DNA of 64,000 nt from Porticoccus sp. Its GTDB lineage: Bacteria > Pseudomonadota > Gammaproteobacteria > Pseudomonadales > Porticoccaceae. A program made the position numbers and the translations under genes. Each line of letters starts with the position of its first letter. Position 1 is the stretch's first letter. Under the pieces are notes generated by a model that saw nothing but the letters and a program-made list of their open reading frames with translations, had not been told where the DNA came from and ran no database searches. Shown piece after piece: positions 1 to 9,442 of this stretch. The stretch lies in the NCBI GenBank assembly GCA_036961395.1, contig JBALVP010000001.1, positions 21,666 to 85,665 of the forward strand. Direction: 5' to 3'.

Positions 1-911
1 ACCCTGAAGCTATCGATTTGCTGGGCGAGCCTCTTATAGGGGAGCCATGGAGCGATGCACTTCTGAGGGTATCTGGAAGCGCTGAACTTCAATCTCGAGA
101 GCTGGAACTCAACAACGGCAAGTGTATATCGGTCGTTAGCCGTCAATTAGATAAAACCGGTGATTCGGTGGTGTTGATCACTGATGTGTCCGAGATTCAC
201 CAGTTACAGGAACAACTTGGTCGTAAAAAACGGCTAACAGCGCTCGGCGAAATGGCCGCAAGATTGGCACATCAGATTCGCACTCCTCTTAGTTCAACGA
301 CACTTTATCTTTCCCAGCTTGGTCGCCATGACCTAGGTTCAGAGCAGCGCCGGAAGATATCGTCCAAGGTGAGTGAGCGACTCAGCCACATGGGTCACTT
401 GGTGGATAGTATGCTCAGTTTTTTGAGGGGCGAAACGCCAGCAACAGAGGTGATTTGTTTAAGTGATGTATTAGAAGGCTTTAGGGCAACGGTCATGCCG
501 CAGCTGGAAAAGAGTCAATCAAATATCTCGATGCCCTATGTTGATAACACATTGAAGATCATCGGTGACCAAGATGAATTAATTGGTGCGCTGAGTAACC
601 TGACGATGAATGCAATAGAAGTTGTTGATGGCCCGGTGAGACTGGATCTGTGGGTTACCGCATTGAATGGCGATTGGCTGCAACTGGGTGTCCGAGATGA
701 TGGTCCTGGTATCAGTGAAGAAATTATAGATCGGGTTTTTGATCCATTTTTTACTACACGCACACAGGGTACTGGTCTGGGATTGGCGGTGGTTGCCATG
801 ACTGTCAGTAATCATGGTGGGGAAATTTCAGTTCGGAACAGGCCCGAAGGTGGCGCAGAATTTCTGATCAATTTGCCATTGGTCAATGAGGGAGGTATTG
901 CTAGTGAATAG
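1..911 (+). CDS. fleS: Flagellar PAS sensor histidine kinase FleS/FlrB (5'-truncated by window edge)
   Basis: H-box LAHQIRTPL, N-box NLTMNA, G1 DDGPG, G2 GTGLGL; frame open to window start; overlaps fleR. Confidence 0.9.
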   Translation, partial: PEAIDLLGEPLIGEPWSDALLRVSGSAELQSRELELNNGKCISVVSRQLDKTGDSVVLITDVSEIHQLQEQLGRKKRLTALGEMAARLAHQIRTPLSSTTLYLSQLGRHDLGSEQRRKISSKVSERLSHMGHLVDSMLSFLRGETPATEVICLSDVLEGFRATVMPQLEKSQSNISMPYVDNTLKIIGDQDELIGALSNLTMNAIEVVDGPVRLDLWVTALNGDWLQLGVRDDGPGISEEIIDRVFDPFFTTRTQGTGLGLAVVAMTVSNHGGEISVRNRPEGGAEFLINLPLVNEGGIASE

Positions 912-2268
912 TCCTACGAGAGTCTTGGTTGTTGAAGATGATGAAACTCTGCGTGATGCTCTGTGTGACACCATTCAGTATGGTGGTTACCAGACAGTGT
1001 CTGCCTGCAATGGTGTTGAGGCACTAAAATGTTTGGAGAAAGAACGTGTAGATCTGGTGATCAGCGATGTGCAGATGGATCAGATGGACGGCCATACCTT
1101 ATTGCGTGAAGTGAAGTCCAAGCGAGCGGAGCTGCCTTTTGTATTGGTGACGGCTCACGGCAGTATTGAGAACGCAGTGAAGGCGATGCGAGAGGGTGCA
1201 ACGGATTATCTGTTAAAGCCATTCGAGGCTGAGGTTCTGTTGGAGATGGTCAGTCGATTGGGTGTGAGTGGCGATCATAGCAGCCAGGGGATGATTGCTG
1301 AAGATCCAAAAATGTTACAGCTATGTGAGCTGGCCCGCAGGGTGTCGACGACCAATGCTACCGTACTGATCAGTGGTGAGTCTGGTACAGGTAAGGAAGT
1401 GGTGGCTCAATATATCCATGAGAATTCTGAGCGAGTGGATAAGACTTTTGTCGCCTTAAACTGTGCTGCGATCCCAGAAACCATGTTGGAATCCATGCTC
1501 TTTGGTTACGAGAAGGGTGCCTATACCGGCGCCTATCAGTCCCGAGCCGGTAAGTTTGAGCAAGCAAATGGCGGCACGTTGCTGTTAGATGAAATATCAG
1601 AGATGGATTTAGGTCTTCAAGCGAAATTATTGAGAGTATTACAGGAAAAAGAAGTAGAAAGACTTGGCGGCAATACGATGATTCCTCTGGATGTTCGAGT
1701 GTTGGCTACAACCAATAGAAACCTTCGAGAAGAAGTGGCTGCTGGACGGTTCCGTGAGGATCTTTATTATCGTCTGAATGTTTTTCCTATTCATATCCCC
1801 CCTCTAAGAAAGCGTCCCAAAGATATTATGCCTCTGGCCAATGCCTTGCTTCAGCGCCATGCCGGTGAGCGGTTGTTATGTTTTACCGCAGATGCCGAAC
1901 AGCGCCTATTGGCTCACCGTTGGAATGGTAATGTGCGGGAATTGGATAACTGCATACAGCGGTCGGCTATCCTGGTCGTAGGAGATCAAATCACTGGAGA
2001 GAATATCTTCTTTGAGGATTCGCTGGCGTTGGATACGGAAAATCAAGATCAAGATCAAGATCAAGGTCAAGATGAAGGTAACGGTAACGGACAGCAACTG
2101 GATGGCGATCTCAAGGCCAGGGAAAAACAGTTGATAGTTGATGCACTAAAGTCCGTTGATGGCTGCCGTAAGGATGCAGCGGAACGATTGGGCATTAGTC
2201 CTCGTACGTTGCGTTACAAACTGGCGAGATTAAAAGAGCAGGGTGTGGCGATACCTGCTATCAGTTGA
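904..2268 (+). CDS. fleR: Sigma54-dependent response regulator FleR/FlrC
   Basis: REC domain, Walker A GESGTGKE, GAYTGA loop, Walker B LLLDE, C-terminal HTH LGISPRTLRYK; GTG at 904 follows GGAGG (ORF track starts 886). Confidence 0.93.
   Translation: MNSPTRVLVVEDDETLRDALCDTIQYGGYQTVSACNGVEALKCLEKERVDLVISDVQMDQMDGHTLLREVKSKRAELPFVLVTAHGSIENAVKAMREGATDYLLKPFEAEVLLEMVSRLGVSGDHSSQGMIAEDPKMLQLCELARRVSTTNATVLISGESGTGKEVVAQYIHENSERVDKTFVALNCAAIPETMLESMLFGYEKGAYTGAYQSRAGKFEQANGGTLLLDEISEMDLGLQAKLLRVLQEKEVERLGGNTMIPLDVRVLATTNRNLREEVAAGRFREDLYYRLNVFPIHIPPLRKRPKDIMPLANALLQRHAGERLLCFTADAEQRLLAHRWNGNVRELDNCIQRSAILVVGDQITGENIFFEDSLALDTENQDQDQDQGQDEGNGNGQQLDGDLKAREKQLIVDALKSVDGCRKDAAERLGISPRTLRYKLARLKEQGVAIPAIS
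2044..2088 (+). repeat. In-frame hexamer microsatellite in the FleR linker: (CAAGAT)3 CAAGGT CAAGAT GAA (GGTAAC)2
   Basis: Read directly; encodes QDQDQDQGQDEGNGN between AAA+ and HTH domains. Confidence 0.85.
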
Positions 2269-2297
2269 TAAGAAGTGAATACAGGAGAAGATAATCT

Positions 2298-2630
2298 ATG
2301 AGCGACATGGAAATTAATCAGGTTCTGGCTCAAATGAGAGTAATGGCTGCCGCTGCGGGAAATATCAATTCTGGCAGAGATCTTGAGGGTGCTGAGGGTG
2401 CTGGTGGAGCTGATTTCGGCACGTTGATGAAAGACTCTATAGCACAGGTCAACGAGGCCAAAGTTGAGAGCAAAGAGTTGGCTACAGCATTCGAAATGGG
2501 TGACCCTGATGTGTCTTTACCCGAGGTGATGGTCGCCATGCAGAAAGCCAGCCTCTCATTTCAAGCGATGACACAGGTTCGGAATAAGCTACTCAGTGCT
2601 TATCAAGAAGTGATGAATATGCAGGTCTAA
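2298..2630 (+). CDS. fliE: Flagellar hook-basal body protein FliE
   Basis: C-terminal QVRNKLLSAYQEVMNMQV signature; position before fliF. Confidence 0.96.
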   Translation: MSDMEINQVLAQMRVMAAAAGNINSGRDLEGAEGAGGADFGTLMKDSIAQVNEAKVESKELATAFEMGDPDVSLPEVMVAMQKASLSFQAMTQVRNKLLSAYQEVMNMQV

Positions 2631-2680
2631 CTAGCATTGTTTTTTCGTACTAAAAAATAATTAACCACTAAGAAAATGAT

Positions 2681-4324
2681 ATGGCATTAAATTCTCAAAA
2701 CCTGATTAACCGATTTAACAACTTAAGCCGGCAGCCTGTTGCACGACAGCTGGGTTTACTACTGGGCTTGGCTGGCAGTATCGCGCTAGGTATCGGATTG
2801 GTTCAGTGGTCAATGACCCCGGATTTCACACCGATCTATAGTGAACTCTCCCCCAGTGCCACAGCAGAGATTGTGCGCTCTTTGGAGGGAAGTGGCACAC
2901 GTTATCAGGTTAATCATCGTACAGGATTGGTCAGTGTGCCTGCTGACAAGGTACACGAGGCTCGCTTGAAGCTGGCTTCTGAAGGGCTTCCGCAAAGTGA
3001 TAGTTCAGGTTTTGATATCCTGTACAAAGAACAAGAAATGGGTGTTAGTAGCTTTATGGAAAAGGCCCGCTATGACAGGGCGCTGGAACAAGAATTGGCA
3101 CGCTCCATTGCCTCGCTGGATAGTGTTAAGTCGGCTCGTGTTCATCTGGCCCTCCCTAAGCAATCAGCCTTTGTGCGGAAGAAGAACAAGCCAGCATCTT
3201 CTGTATTATTAAGCTTGTATGCCGGGCGACAACTCTCTGAACGGCAGTTGGCCGGGGTTGTACATTTGGTGGCATCCAGTGTGCCGGGCTTGGAAGCAGG
3301 GCAGGTCTCCGTGGTTGATAATCAGGGGAAGTTATTGTCGTCTCAGGCAGGTGATGATGACTTTGCTCATACCAAGGAACAGTTTCGCTTCACCCAACAG
3401 ATTGAACAAAGCTATGTGGCACGAATTACAGACATACTGACACCTATTTTAGGTGTCGGCGCGGTGAGCGCCCAGGTCAATGCGGATGTTGACTTCACCA
3501 TGGTGGAGTCAACCAGTGAACGTTATGCCCCTGAGGCCAGTATTCGAAGTGAGGAGTTGGTAGAAGAGCTCAGTGATGATAGTAGAGCGAGCAGTGGTGG
3601 TGTTCCTGGAACGCTATCTAACGAGCCTCCCGAGGAAACAGTGGTCACGGATGTACTTGAGGATTCGGTAGAAGAAACCGCCTCGAAGGGTCGATCCAGT
3701 AAGCGAGAAGTCCGTAATTATGAGCTAGATAAAACCATCAGCCATACTCGAGAAGTGCCGGGCACAGTGAACAAAATCTCTGTGGCTGTAGTGGTAGATT
3801 ACCTAGAGAAAGTCAATGACGAGGGTGAGACTGAGCGAGTGCCTCTGTCGGAAGAAAGACTGGCCGAAGTCACTTCTCTGGTGAAGGAATCGGTGGGTTT
3901 TGATGAGTCTCGTGGGGACAGCGTTAATGTGATCAATGCTTCTTTTGTCGAGGTACCTGAGTTAGAGACAATGCCGCCCATATCACTGATGGAACAAGAA
4001 TGGGTGTGGCGTGCCGCTAAATTTGGCCTAGTGGGTGTGGCTATATTCCTAGTGATATTGACGATTCTTCGTCCTCTTATGCAAGCCTCTTCAGCACCGC
4101 CACCTGCAGCTCAACCATTAGGCGTACCCGCCACTCAGTATGGCATGGCGGCCTACGGTGAGGGTATGGCTGAAGACCAAGTCACGCTTGGGCAGCAGCA
4201 ACAGCTTGGGCTACCTGGGGGTGCCCCTGGCTATCAACAGCAATTACATATGGCTCGATCCATGGTTGAGGGTGAGCCTGAACGTGTGGCACATGTTGTA
4301 AAAAATTGGGTAGGGGCTGATTGA
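2681..4324 (+). CDS. fliF: MS-ring protein FliF
   Basis: Two TM segments, RALEQELARSI, ARVHLALP, NYELDKTISH, C-terminal VKNW. Confidence 0.96.
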   Translation: MALNSQNLINRFNNLSRQPVARQLGLLLGLAGSIALGIGLVQWSMTPDFTPIYSELSPSATAEIVRSLEGSGTRYQVNHRTGLVSVPADKVHEARLKLASEGLPQSDSSGFDILYKEQEMGVSSFMEKARYDRALEQELARSIASLDSVKSARVHLALPKQSAFVRKKNKPASSVLLSLYAGRQLSERQLAGVVHLVASSVPGLEAGQVSVVDNQGKLLSSQAGDDDFAHTKEQFRFTQQIEQSYVARITDILTPILGVGAVSAQVNADVDFTMVESTSERYAPEASIRSEELVEELSDDSRASSGGVPGTLSNEPPEETVVTDVLEDSVEETASKGRSSKREVRNYELDKTISHTREVPGTVNKISVAVVVDYLEKVNDEGETERVPLSEERLAEVTSLVKESVGFDESRGDSVNVINASFVEVPELETMPPISLMEQEWVWRAAKFGLVGVAIFLVILTILRPLMQASSAPPPAAQPLGVPATQYGMAAYGEGMAEDQVTLGQQQQLGLPGGAPGYQQQLHMARSMVEGEPERVAHVVKNWVGAD

Positions 4325-5331
4325 TGACTGAAGTAGTATCTGAATTGTCTGGTGTACAACGAGCCGCTATTTTTCTTCTTGGTGTGGGTGAGGATGGTGC
4401 TGCGGCTATCATGAGGCACATGGCCCCAAAAGAAGTGCAGAGTGTGGGCGAGGCTATGGCAGGTCTTTCTGATGTGTCCAATGAGCAGATTGCAGCGGTA
4501 GTACAAGAATTTTCCGAGAAGGTTAGCAAGGTTAACCCTATTGGTATTGGTGCAGGTGATTTTACCCGGCGGGTAATGGTGCAGGCGTTGGGTGAAAATA
4601 AGGCGCGCAGCATGCTCAGTAAAGTGATGCCTAGCGGTAGCAACAAGGGAATGGATGCGCTCAAGTGGATGGATGCACGTTCAGTAGCGGGGCTGATTAA
4701 ACAGGAACACCCCCAAATTGTTGCCATTGTGTTGGTGTCATTGGAAGGCGACCATGCTGCCCAGGTACTGTCGCTGTTACCCGTTGAGATCAGGGCCGAT
4801 GTCATGCTGAGAATTGCCAGACTCGACATGATTGATCCTTCGGCATTAAAGGAACTGGATCAGGTTCTGGAAAAACAATTGGGTAAAAGCCAAAAATTCC
4901 CTCCTACCGCTGTAGAGGGTATGAGTACTGCTGCGGCTATTCTGAATAATATGGATACCACGGCAGAAGCTGAACTGATGGAGTCCATGAAACAGGTCGA
5001 TGGTGAGTTGAGTGAAAAAATTAACGACATGATGTTTGTCTTCGATAATTTACTGGATGTGGATGATCGAGGTATGCAGCGTTTGATTCGAGAAATTTCG
5101 GTAGATAGTCTGGTGATTGCCCTCAAAGGTGTTGATGATCGGGTGAAAGATAAATTCTTCAATAATATGTCCTCAAGAGCCGCAGAAATGCTGAAAGAAG
5201 ACTTGGAGGCCAAGGGCCCTACCAAGTTGTCTGAGGTTGAGGAGGCTCAGAAGGAAATTCTTAATATTGCTATCCGTTTGGCTGATGATGGTGAAATATC
5301 TCTCGGTAAGGGTGGTGGCGATTTTGTCTGA
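4324..5331 (+). CDS. fliG: Motor switch protein FliG
   Basis: EHPQ motif, MFVFDNL, NMSSRA. Confidence 0.96.
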   Translation: MTEVVSELSGVQRAAIFLLGVGEDGAAAIMRHMAPKEVQSVGEAMAGLSDVSNEQIAAVVQEFSEKVSKVNPIGIGAGDFTRRVMVQALGENKARSMLSKVMPSGSNKGMDALKWMDARSVAGLIKQEHPQIVAIVLVSLEGDHAAQVLSLLPVEIRADVMLRIARLDMIDPSALKELDQVLEKQLGKSQKFPPTAVEGMSTAAAILNNMDTTAEAELMESMKQVDGELSEKINDMMFVFDNLLDVDDRGMQRLIREISVDSLVIALKGVDDRVKDKFFNNMSSRAAEMLKEDLEAKGPTKLSEVEEAQKEILNIAIRLADDGEISLGKGGGDFV

Positions 5332-5917
5332 ACAGGGTCAGACAATACAGCGTTGGCAGGCGCCATTTTTTGAGGAGCCTGAGTCCCGACCTGCACAACC
5401 GAATCCTGTTGAATTGGAGGCATTGGCTCAGTCTCGTGGATTTCAGGTAGGTAAGTGGGATGGGCTGGAGTCCGGCAGGGCTGAAGCAGAACAAATTGTT
5501 CACCGCATGACGGAACTGCTGGATGAGATGGCAAGGCCATACCGTAGTTTGGATCAACTGGTGACTCAAGAATTGACACAAATTACCATGCTGCTTGCCA
5601 AGCAAATCATCCGCAGGGAGCTAACGATTAATTCTGACGTTGTGGCTGATATTGTTTCAGAGGCAGTGTCGACATTGTCATCGTTAGAAGGTGAGATTGA
5701 GGTTTTTTTGAACCCTGTCGATATGGATATGGTGAGTCAGTTAGCCCCGGAGGCGCTGGAAGGGAAACTCTGGAAGCTGATTGAGGATACTAATCTCCTA
5801 CCGGGAGGTTGTCGGGTTAAAACGCCCACCTCTTATGTAGATGCCTCAGTTGAAACACAGATGGAAATGGTTTTTGATGGTTTGATGGAGTCCTGTGGAA
5901 CCCAGCGGGATGACTAG
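5324..5917 (+). CDS. fliH: Flagellar export protein FliH
   Basis: N-terminal RWQAP, GxxxG repeats, LAKQIIRREL, GGCRV; likely TTG start at 5324 overlapping the fliG end (ORF track starts 5237). Confidence 0.88.
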   Translation: MSEQGQTIQRWQAPFFEEPESRPAQPNPVELEALAQSRGFQVGKWDGLESGRAEAEQIVHRMTELLDEMARPYRSLDQLVTQELTQITMLLAKQIIRRELTINSDVVADIVSEAVSTLSSLEGEIEVFLNPVDMDMVSQLAPEALEGKLWKLIEDTNLLPGGCRVKTPTSYVDASVETQMEMVFDGLMESCGTQRDD

Positions 5918-5970
5918 CCTGGAATTATTACTGTGAAGCCTAATTTTTTGATGAGACACCCAGGCTGACT

Positions 5971-7362
5971 ATGCGATCAATGGCCGACATCAAAGCCGAA
6001 CGCAGCAATCGGATTGCTGGGAATCTGGCCACCCTGTCAAAAGGAATTACTTCACCTCCCCCTCTTCAGGAGGAGGGCTCACTGGTAAGGATGATAGGCA
6101 TCAAGCTTGAAGCTGTCGGTTGCCAGGCCCCGGTTGGCGGTCGCTGTCGAATCGTTAATGATGAGGGCAGTTTCATTGAGGCGGAGGTGGTCGGTTTTTC
6201 CGAGGGTAGCTTATTCCTGATGCCCGAAGGTAACCTCCGTGGTATCAAGCTAGGTGCTAGGGTGGTACCTGTTCATACTGGCGGTGTGGTGGCGGTTGGT
6301 GAACAACTATTGGGGCGGGTTATTGATGGTTCAGGTAAACCCATTGATGGACGGGGCGCCCTTAAGTGTTTACACAACACCCCCCTCCGGGGTGAGCCTA
6401 TTAATCCTCTTCATCGCAGTCCTATTAATGAACCCTTGGATGTGGGGGTTCGTGCCATTAATGCCTTGATGACCATGGGTAAAGGTCAGCGGTTGGGGTT
6501 GTTTGCCGGCAGTGGTGTGGGTAAAAGTACTCTGTTAGGCATGATGACCCGGCATACTGAAGCAGATGTGGTCGTGGTGGCGTTGGTGGGTGAGCGGGGC
6601 AGGGAAGTCCGTGAGTTTGTTGAGGATATTCTTGGTGAGCAGGGGATGACAAGAGCGATAGTGGTCGCCACACCTGCTGATGACTCTCCTTTGATGCGTG
6701 TTCATGGTGCCTGGCGAGCGACGGCCATTGCCGAATATTTTCGTGATCATGGTAAAAATGTACTTTTATTGATGGACTCACTGACCCGCTTTGCTCAAGC
6801 GCAACGTGAAATTGGTCTTGCTATTGGTGAGCCTCCCGTTTCTAAGGGATACCCGCCGTCAGTCTTTTCCTTGTTACCAACATTGGTGGAGAGAGCCGGC
6901 AACGGGCAACGAGGTTCCATCACAGCAGTCTATACAGTACTGATGGAAGGTGATGATCATAATGATCCCGTCGCAGATGCGGCTCGTGCCATTCTTGATG
7001 GGCATATCCTGTTATCGAGAGAAGTTGCTGATTCCGGGTTGTTCCCCGCAATTGATATTGAGTCCTCTGTCAGCCGTTCGATGGTTAATATTGTGAATAC
7101 TGAACAGACTTCCGTGGCACGTGAGCTCAAAGGACTGTATTCCACTTATCAGCAAAACCGAGATTTAATTAATATCGGCGCCTATCAGCAGGGTACTGAT
7201 AACAGTATTGATCGCGCTATTTTTGCCGCGCCTCATATACGTAGTTTTATACAGCAGGCGGAATCTGAAAAAGTGGATATGAAGAGTAGTTTGGTATCGT
7301 TATCATTGCTGTCAGAGGCTTTTTCTACAGCAGATGGCGTAACAGGTGGGGGTGATAAGTAG
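5971..7362 (+). CDS. fliI: Flagellar export ATPase FliI
   Basis: AGSGVGKS Walker A, GERGREV, LLMDSLTRFAQA, GEPP. Confidence 0.97.
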   Translation: MRSMADIKAERSNRIAGNLATLSKGITSPPPLQEEGSLVRMIGIKLEAVGCQAPVGGRCRIVNDEGSFIEAEVVGFSEGSLFLMPEGNLRGIKLGARVVPVHTGGVVAVGEQLLGRVIDGSGKPIDGRGALKCLHNTPLRGEPINPLHRSPINEPLDVGVRAINALMTMGKGQRLGLFAGSGVGKSTLLGMMTRHTEADVVVVALVGERGREVREFVEDILGEQGMTRAIVVATPADDSPLMRVHGAWRATAIAEYFRDHGKNVLLLMDSLTRFAQAQREIGLAIGEPPVSKGYPPSVFSLLPTLVERAGNGQRGSITAVYTVLMEGDDHNDPVADAARAILDGHILLSREVADSGLFPAIDIESSVSRSMVNIVNTEQTSVARELKGLYSTYQQNRDLINIGAYQQGTDNSIDRAIFAAPHIRSFIQQAESEKVDMKSSLVSLSLLSEAFSTADGVTGGGDK

Positions 7363-7802
7363 TGGATGCCGGGAAAATGAATACAGTAGCTGCAGTCGCT
7401 AAATCTACGGAACAGAAATCGGCCAAGGCATATAAGGTAAGCCAGCAGGGGCATCAGCAACATTGTGAACAGTTGGATCAATTGCATACCTTTAAGCAAG
7501 AATATGAGACAAGGCTGGGGGTGATTGGTGAGCAGGGTATGGATGCTCGGCAACTACAGGATTACCGGTTGTTTTTGAACAAGCTGAATCAGGCGATTGA
7601 GAAGCAATCTGAAGAGGTGCAAGCCTCGGAAGAAAGCCTGGGTGAAACTCGTGAGCAGTGGTTGTCTGAATCTCGCCACAGGAGTGCACTGGATCATTTG
7701 GTAGATCAACGCCACAAGCAACATGTGCAAGCAAGAGATAAAGCGGAGCAAAAAGAGTCTGATGAAAAGACCCTGACCCGGATGGTAACTGGAGTCCGTT
7801 AA
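7362..7802 (+). CDS. fliJ: Flagellar export protein FliJ
   Basis: 146-aa coiled coil, YRLFLNKL and EQKESDE motifs, follows fliI. Confidence 0.9.
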   Translation: MDAGKMNTVAAVAKSTEQKSAKAYKVSQQGHQQHCEQLDQLHTFKQEYETRLGVIGEQGMDARQLQDYRLFLNKLNQAIEKQSEEVQASEESLGETREQWLSESRHRSALDHLVDQRHKQHVQARDKAEQKESDEKTLTRMVTGVR

Positions 7803-7819
7803 CAACCATAATTAACCGT

Positions 7820-7835
7820 TGGCACATATCTTGCT
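7820..7835 (+). promoter_or_regulatory. Sigma54 (-24/-12) promoter of fliK
   Basis: TGGCAC-ATATC-TTGCT matches the TGGCAC-N5-TTGCW consensus exactly. Confidence 0.88.
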
Positions 7836-7881
7836 CATCCTTAGTACATACTAACCAGTAGATACAAAAGGATATGCAGCC

Positions 7882-9261
7882 TTGATTCCTACACCTGAAA
7901 TATCACCAATACATTCTTCCAAGGTCGGGGTGTTGTCGCCAGCCCACAAAGCCAATGATCACGGGGACTCTTCGGCTAAAGGTAAGCCTTTTGGTGAGGT
8001 GCTTAATAGTCAGGAACAGACATCTAAATCACCGGTTGGTGCTGTATCTGAAAGTTCTCAGCCTACTGAGAGCGGCAAGTTGTCGCAAGAGGGTGGCAAA
8101 GAGTTGCCTGATCAGGGGGTAGTAGATCAAAAGGTTGCCAGTGCTCTACAAGACGCAGCTGAGGTATCGCCCGAAGATATTGGTGATGAAGTCACTCTAC
8201 CCATAGAGATTGTCGGTTCTCAGGCTATCCCAGCATTACAGAATGTGTTGGAGAAAAAAGTTGCTCATAATACGGAGACCCCTGTATTGCCAGCGTCCCA
8301 GAAATTGACAGATGTTCTGCAAAAATTTCTGGCTAATCCTCCAGGATCTGGGGGGGGTACAGATACAACAGGTAATACAGGTGCGGTAGATGGTGTCGAT
8401 AGCAGGCTAGCTCGGCCTGCCGAGTTAAGAGAGAGCGGTGTAGTCCCCGGGTTGCAGCAGGCATTAACCGCAGGCAAGGCTGCAAAGGCTTTGGGGGAGG
8501 TGGCAATAGAAATGCCTTTCCCTGGGCGTGGTGACGTTGAATTTACCACCGGCTTGCAGCAGGCATTAACCGCAGGCAAGGCTGCAAAGGCTTTGGGGGA
8601 GGTGGCAATAGAAATGCCTTTCCCTGGGCGTGGTGACGTTGAATTTACCACCGGCTTGCAGCAGGCATTGTCTGCCGGCAAGGCAGCAATAGCATTGGAA
8701 TCTACGGAGCAGTTTGTCAATCTCGAGGCGGGATTACAAAAATCCCTGCCGTCTAATTTGCCACCACCAACATTAGGTGCCGCAATGTTACCTGCCAGTG
8801 AGGGTGGGTTTCCACCGAGCGCCAAATCTTCACTGATGCCCTCCATCACAACACCTCTCGGTGCTTCAGGGTGGGATAGTGAGTTTGTTGGCCGAATGAG
8901 TGTAATGGTCAAGAGTGGTGTTCAGGAAGCAAGCCTTCAGCTGAGCCCTCCCGGACTTGGTCGCCTTGAAGTTAAGATTTCAACGGAGGGTGATCAGACC
9001 AAAGTTATGTTTGCAGTAGAGAGCGCTGTAGCCAAGGATGCAATAGAGCAGGCCATGCCCCGTCTTCGAGAGATGTTAGAGCAAGGCGGTTTAGAGTTGG
9101 CCCAGAGTGAAGTGAAGGATCATTCCCAGTCTCAACAGGGGAATGATAATGTCACTGAGCTGGCAGAAGAGTCGACAGTAACCTCGGGAGAGGATGTGGA
9201 GGCTGATACAACGCCTTTGATGCTCGAGGTTTCTAGCTCAACGGTAGACTACTATATTTAA
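7882..9261 (+). CDS. fliK: Hook-length control protein FliK
   Basis: Low-complexity N-terminus; C-terminal T3S4 domain (LQLSPPGLGRLEV, AMPRLREML); ends VDYYI. Confidence 0.92.
   Translation: MIPTPEISPIHSSKVGVLSPAHKANDHGDSSAKGKPFGEVLNSQEQTSKSPVGAVSESSQPTESGKLSQEGGKELPDQGVVDQKVASALQDAAEVSPEDIGDEVTLPIEIVGSQAIPALQNVLEKKVAHNTETPVLPASQKLTDVLQKFLANPPGSGGGTDTTGNTGAVDGVDSRLARPAELRESGVVPGLQQALTAGKAAKALGEVAIEMPFPGRGDVEFTTGLQQALTAGKAAKALGEVAIEMPFPGRGDVEFTTGLQQALSAGKAAIALESTEQFVNLEAGLQKSLPSNLPPPTLGAAMLPASEGGFPPSAKSSLMPSITTPLGASGWDSEFVGRMSVMVKSGVQEASLQLSPPGLGRLEVKISTEGDQTKVMFAVESAVAKDAIEQAMPRLREMLEQGGLELAQSEVKDHSQSQQGNDNVTELAEESTVTSGEDVEADTTPLMLEVSSSTVDYYI
8452..8669 (+). repeat. Exact 102-bp (34-aa) tandem duplication inside fliK, followed by a degenerate third copy
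   Basis: Units start at 8452, 8554 and 8656; LQQALTAGKAAKALGEVAIEMPFPGRGDVEFTTG occurs twice. Confidence 0.95.
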
Positions 9262-9308
9262 GCATTAATGGTTTTCTTTCACCTTTCTATCCTAAACAAG
9301 AACATATA

Positions 9309-9355
9309 GTTGTCCCCGTGGGTTCCCATGGGGGCAACCTTGCCCCCACATTTTC
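9309..9355 (+). terminator. Hairpin(s) downstream of fliK, probable terminator
   Basis: GTTGTCCCCGTGGG/CCCATGGGGGCAAC stem and overlapping TGGGGGCAA-CC-TTGCCCCCA inverted repeat followed by CATTTTCT. Confidence 0.5.
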
Positions 9356-9406
9356 TACATAGTGCAGATGAAATCCGACAGTGTCTGTTTGTGCAGAGAC
9401 TTATCG

Positions 9407-9422
9407 TGTCAAAACTCTGACA
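9407..9422 (+). promoter_or_regulatory. Putative FleQ/FlrA upstream activator site for the fliL operon
   Basis: Palindrome TGTCA-AAACTC-TGACA resembles the FleQ box GTCA-N6-TGAC, ~55 bp upstream of the sigma54 site. Confidence 0.65.
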
Positions 9423-9442
9423 TTCGTTGCATCAGAAAACAG

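Noticed and set aside
2247-2260. Possible sigma54 promoter for fliE (TGGCGATACCTGCT) at the fleR 3' end
   Set aside because: GG-to-GC spacing is 2 bp too short; fliE is more likely co-transcribed with fleSR
4182-4829. 215-aa minus-strand ORF
   Set aside because: Antisense shadow of fliF/fliG with no recognisable motifs
5237-5323. N-terminal extension of FliH in the ORF track
   Set aside because: Lies inside fliG; the TTG at 5324 gives a normal FliH start
8350-8357. G8 tract in fliK (and G8 at 14863-14870 in flhB) as phase-variation sites
   Set aside because: Both are in-frame Gly codons and only 8 nt long; no frameshift is seen and read data would be needed
8452-8669. Repeats as a CRISPR array (also 37153-37203)
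   Set aside because: Head-to-tail units with no unique spacers, one set is in-frame coding, and there are no cas genes
8265-8912. 215-aa minus-strand ORF with repeats
   Set aside because: Antisense to fliK; only mirrors the 102-bp duplication
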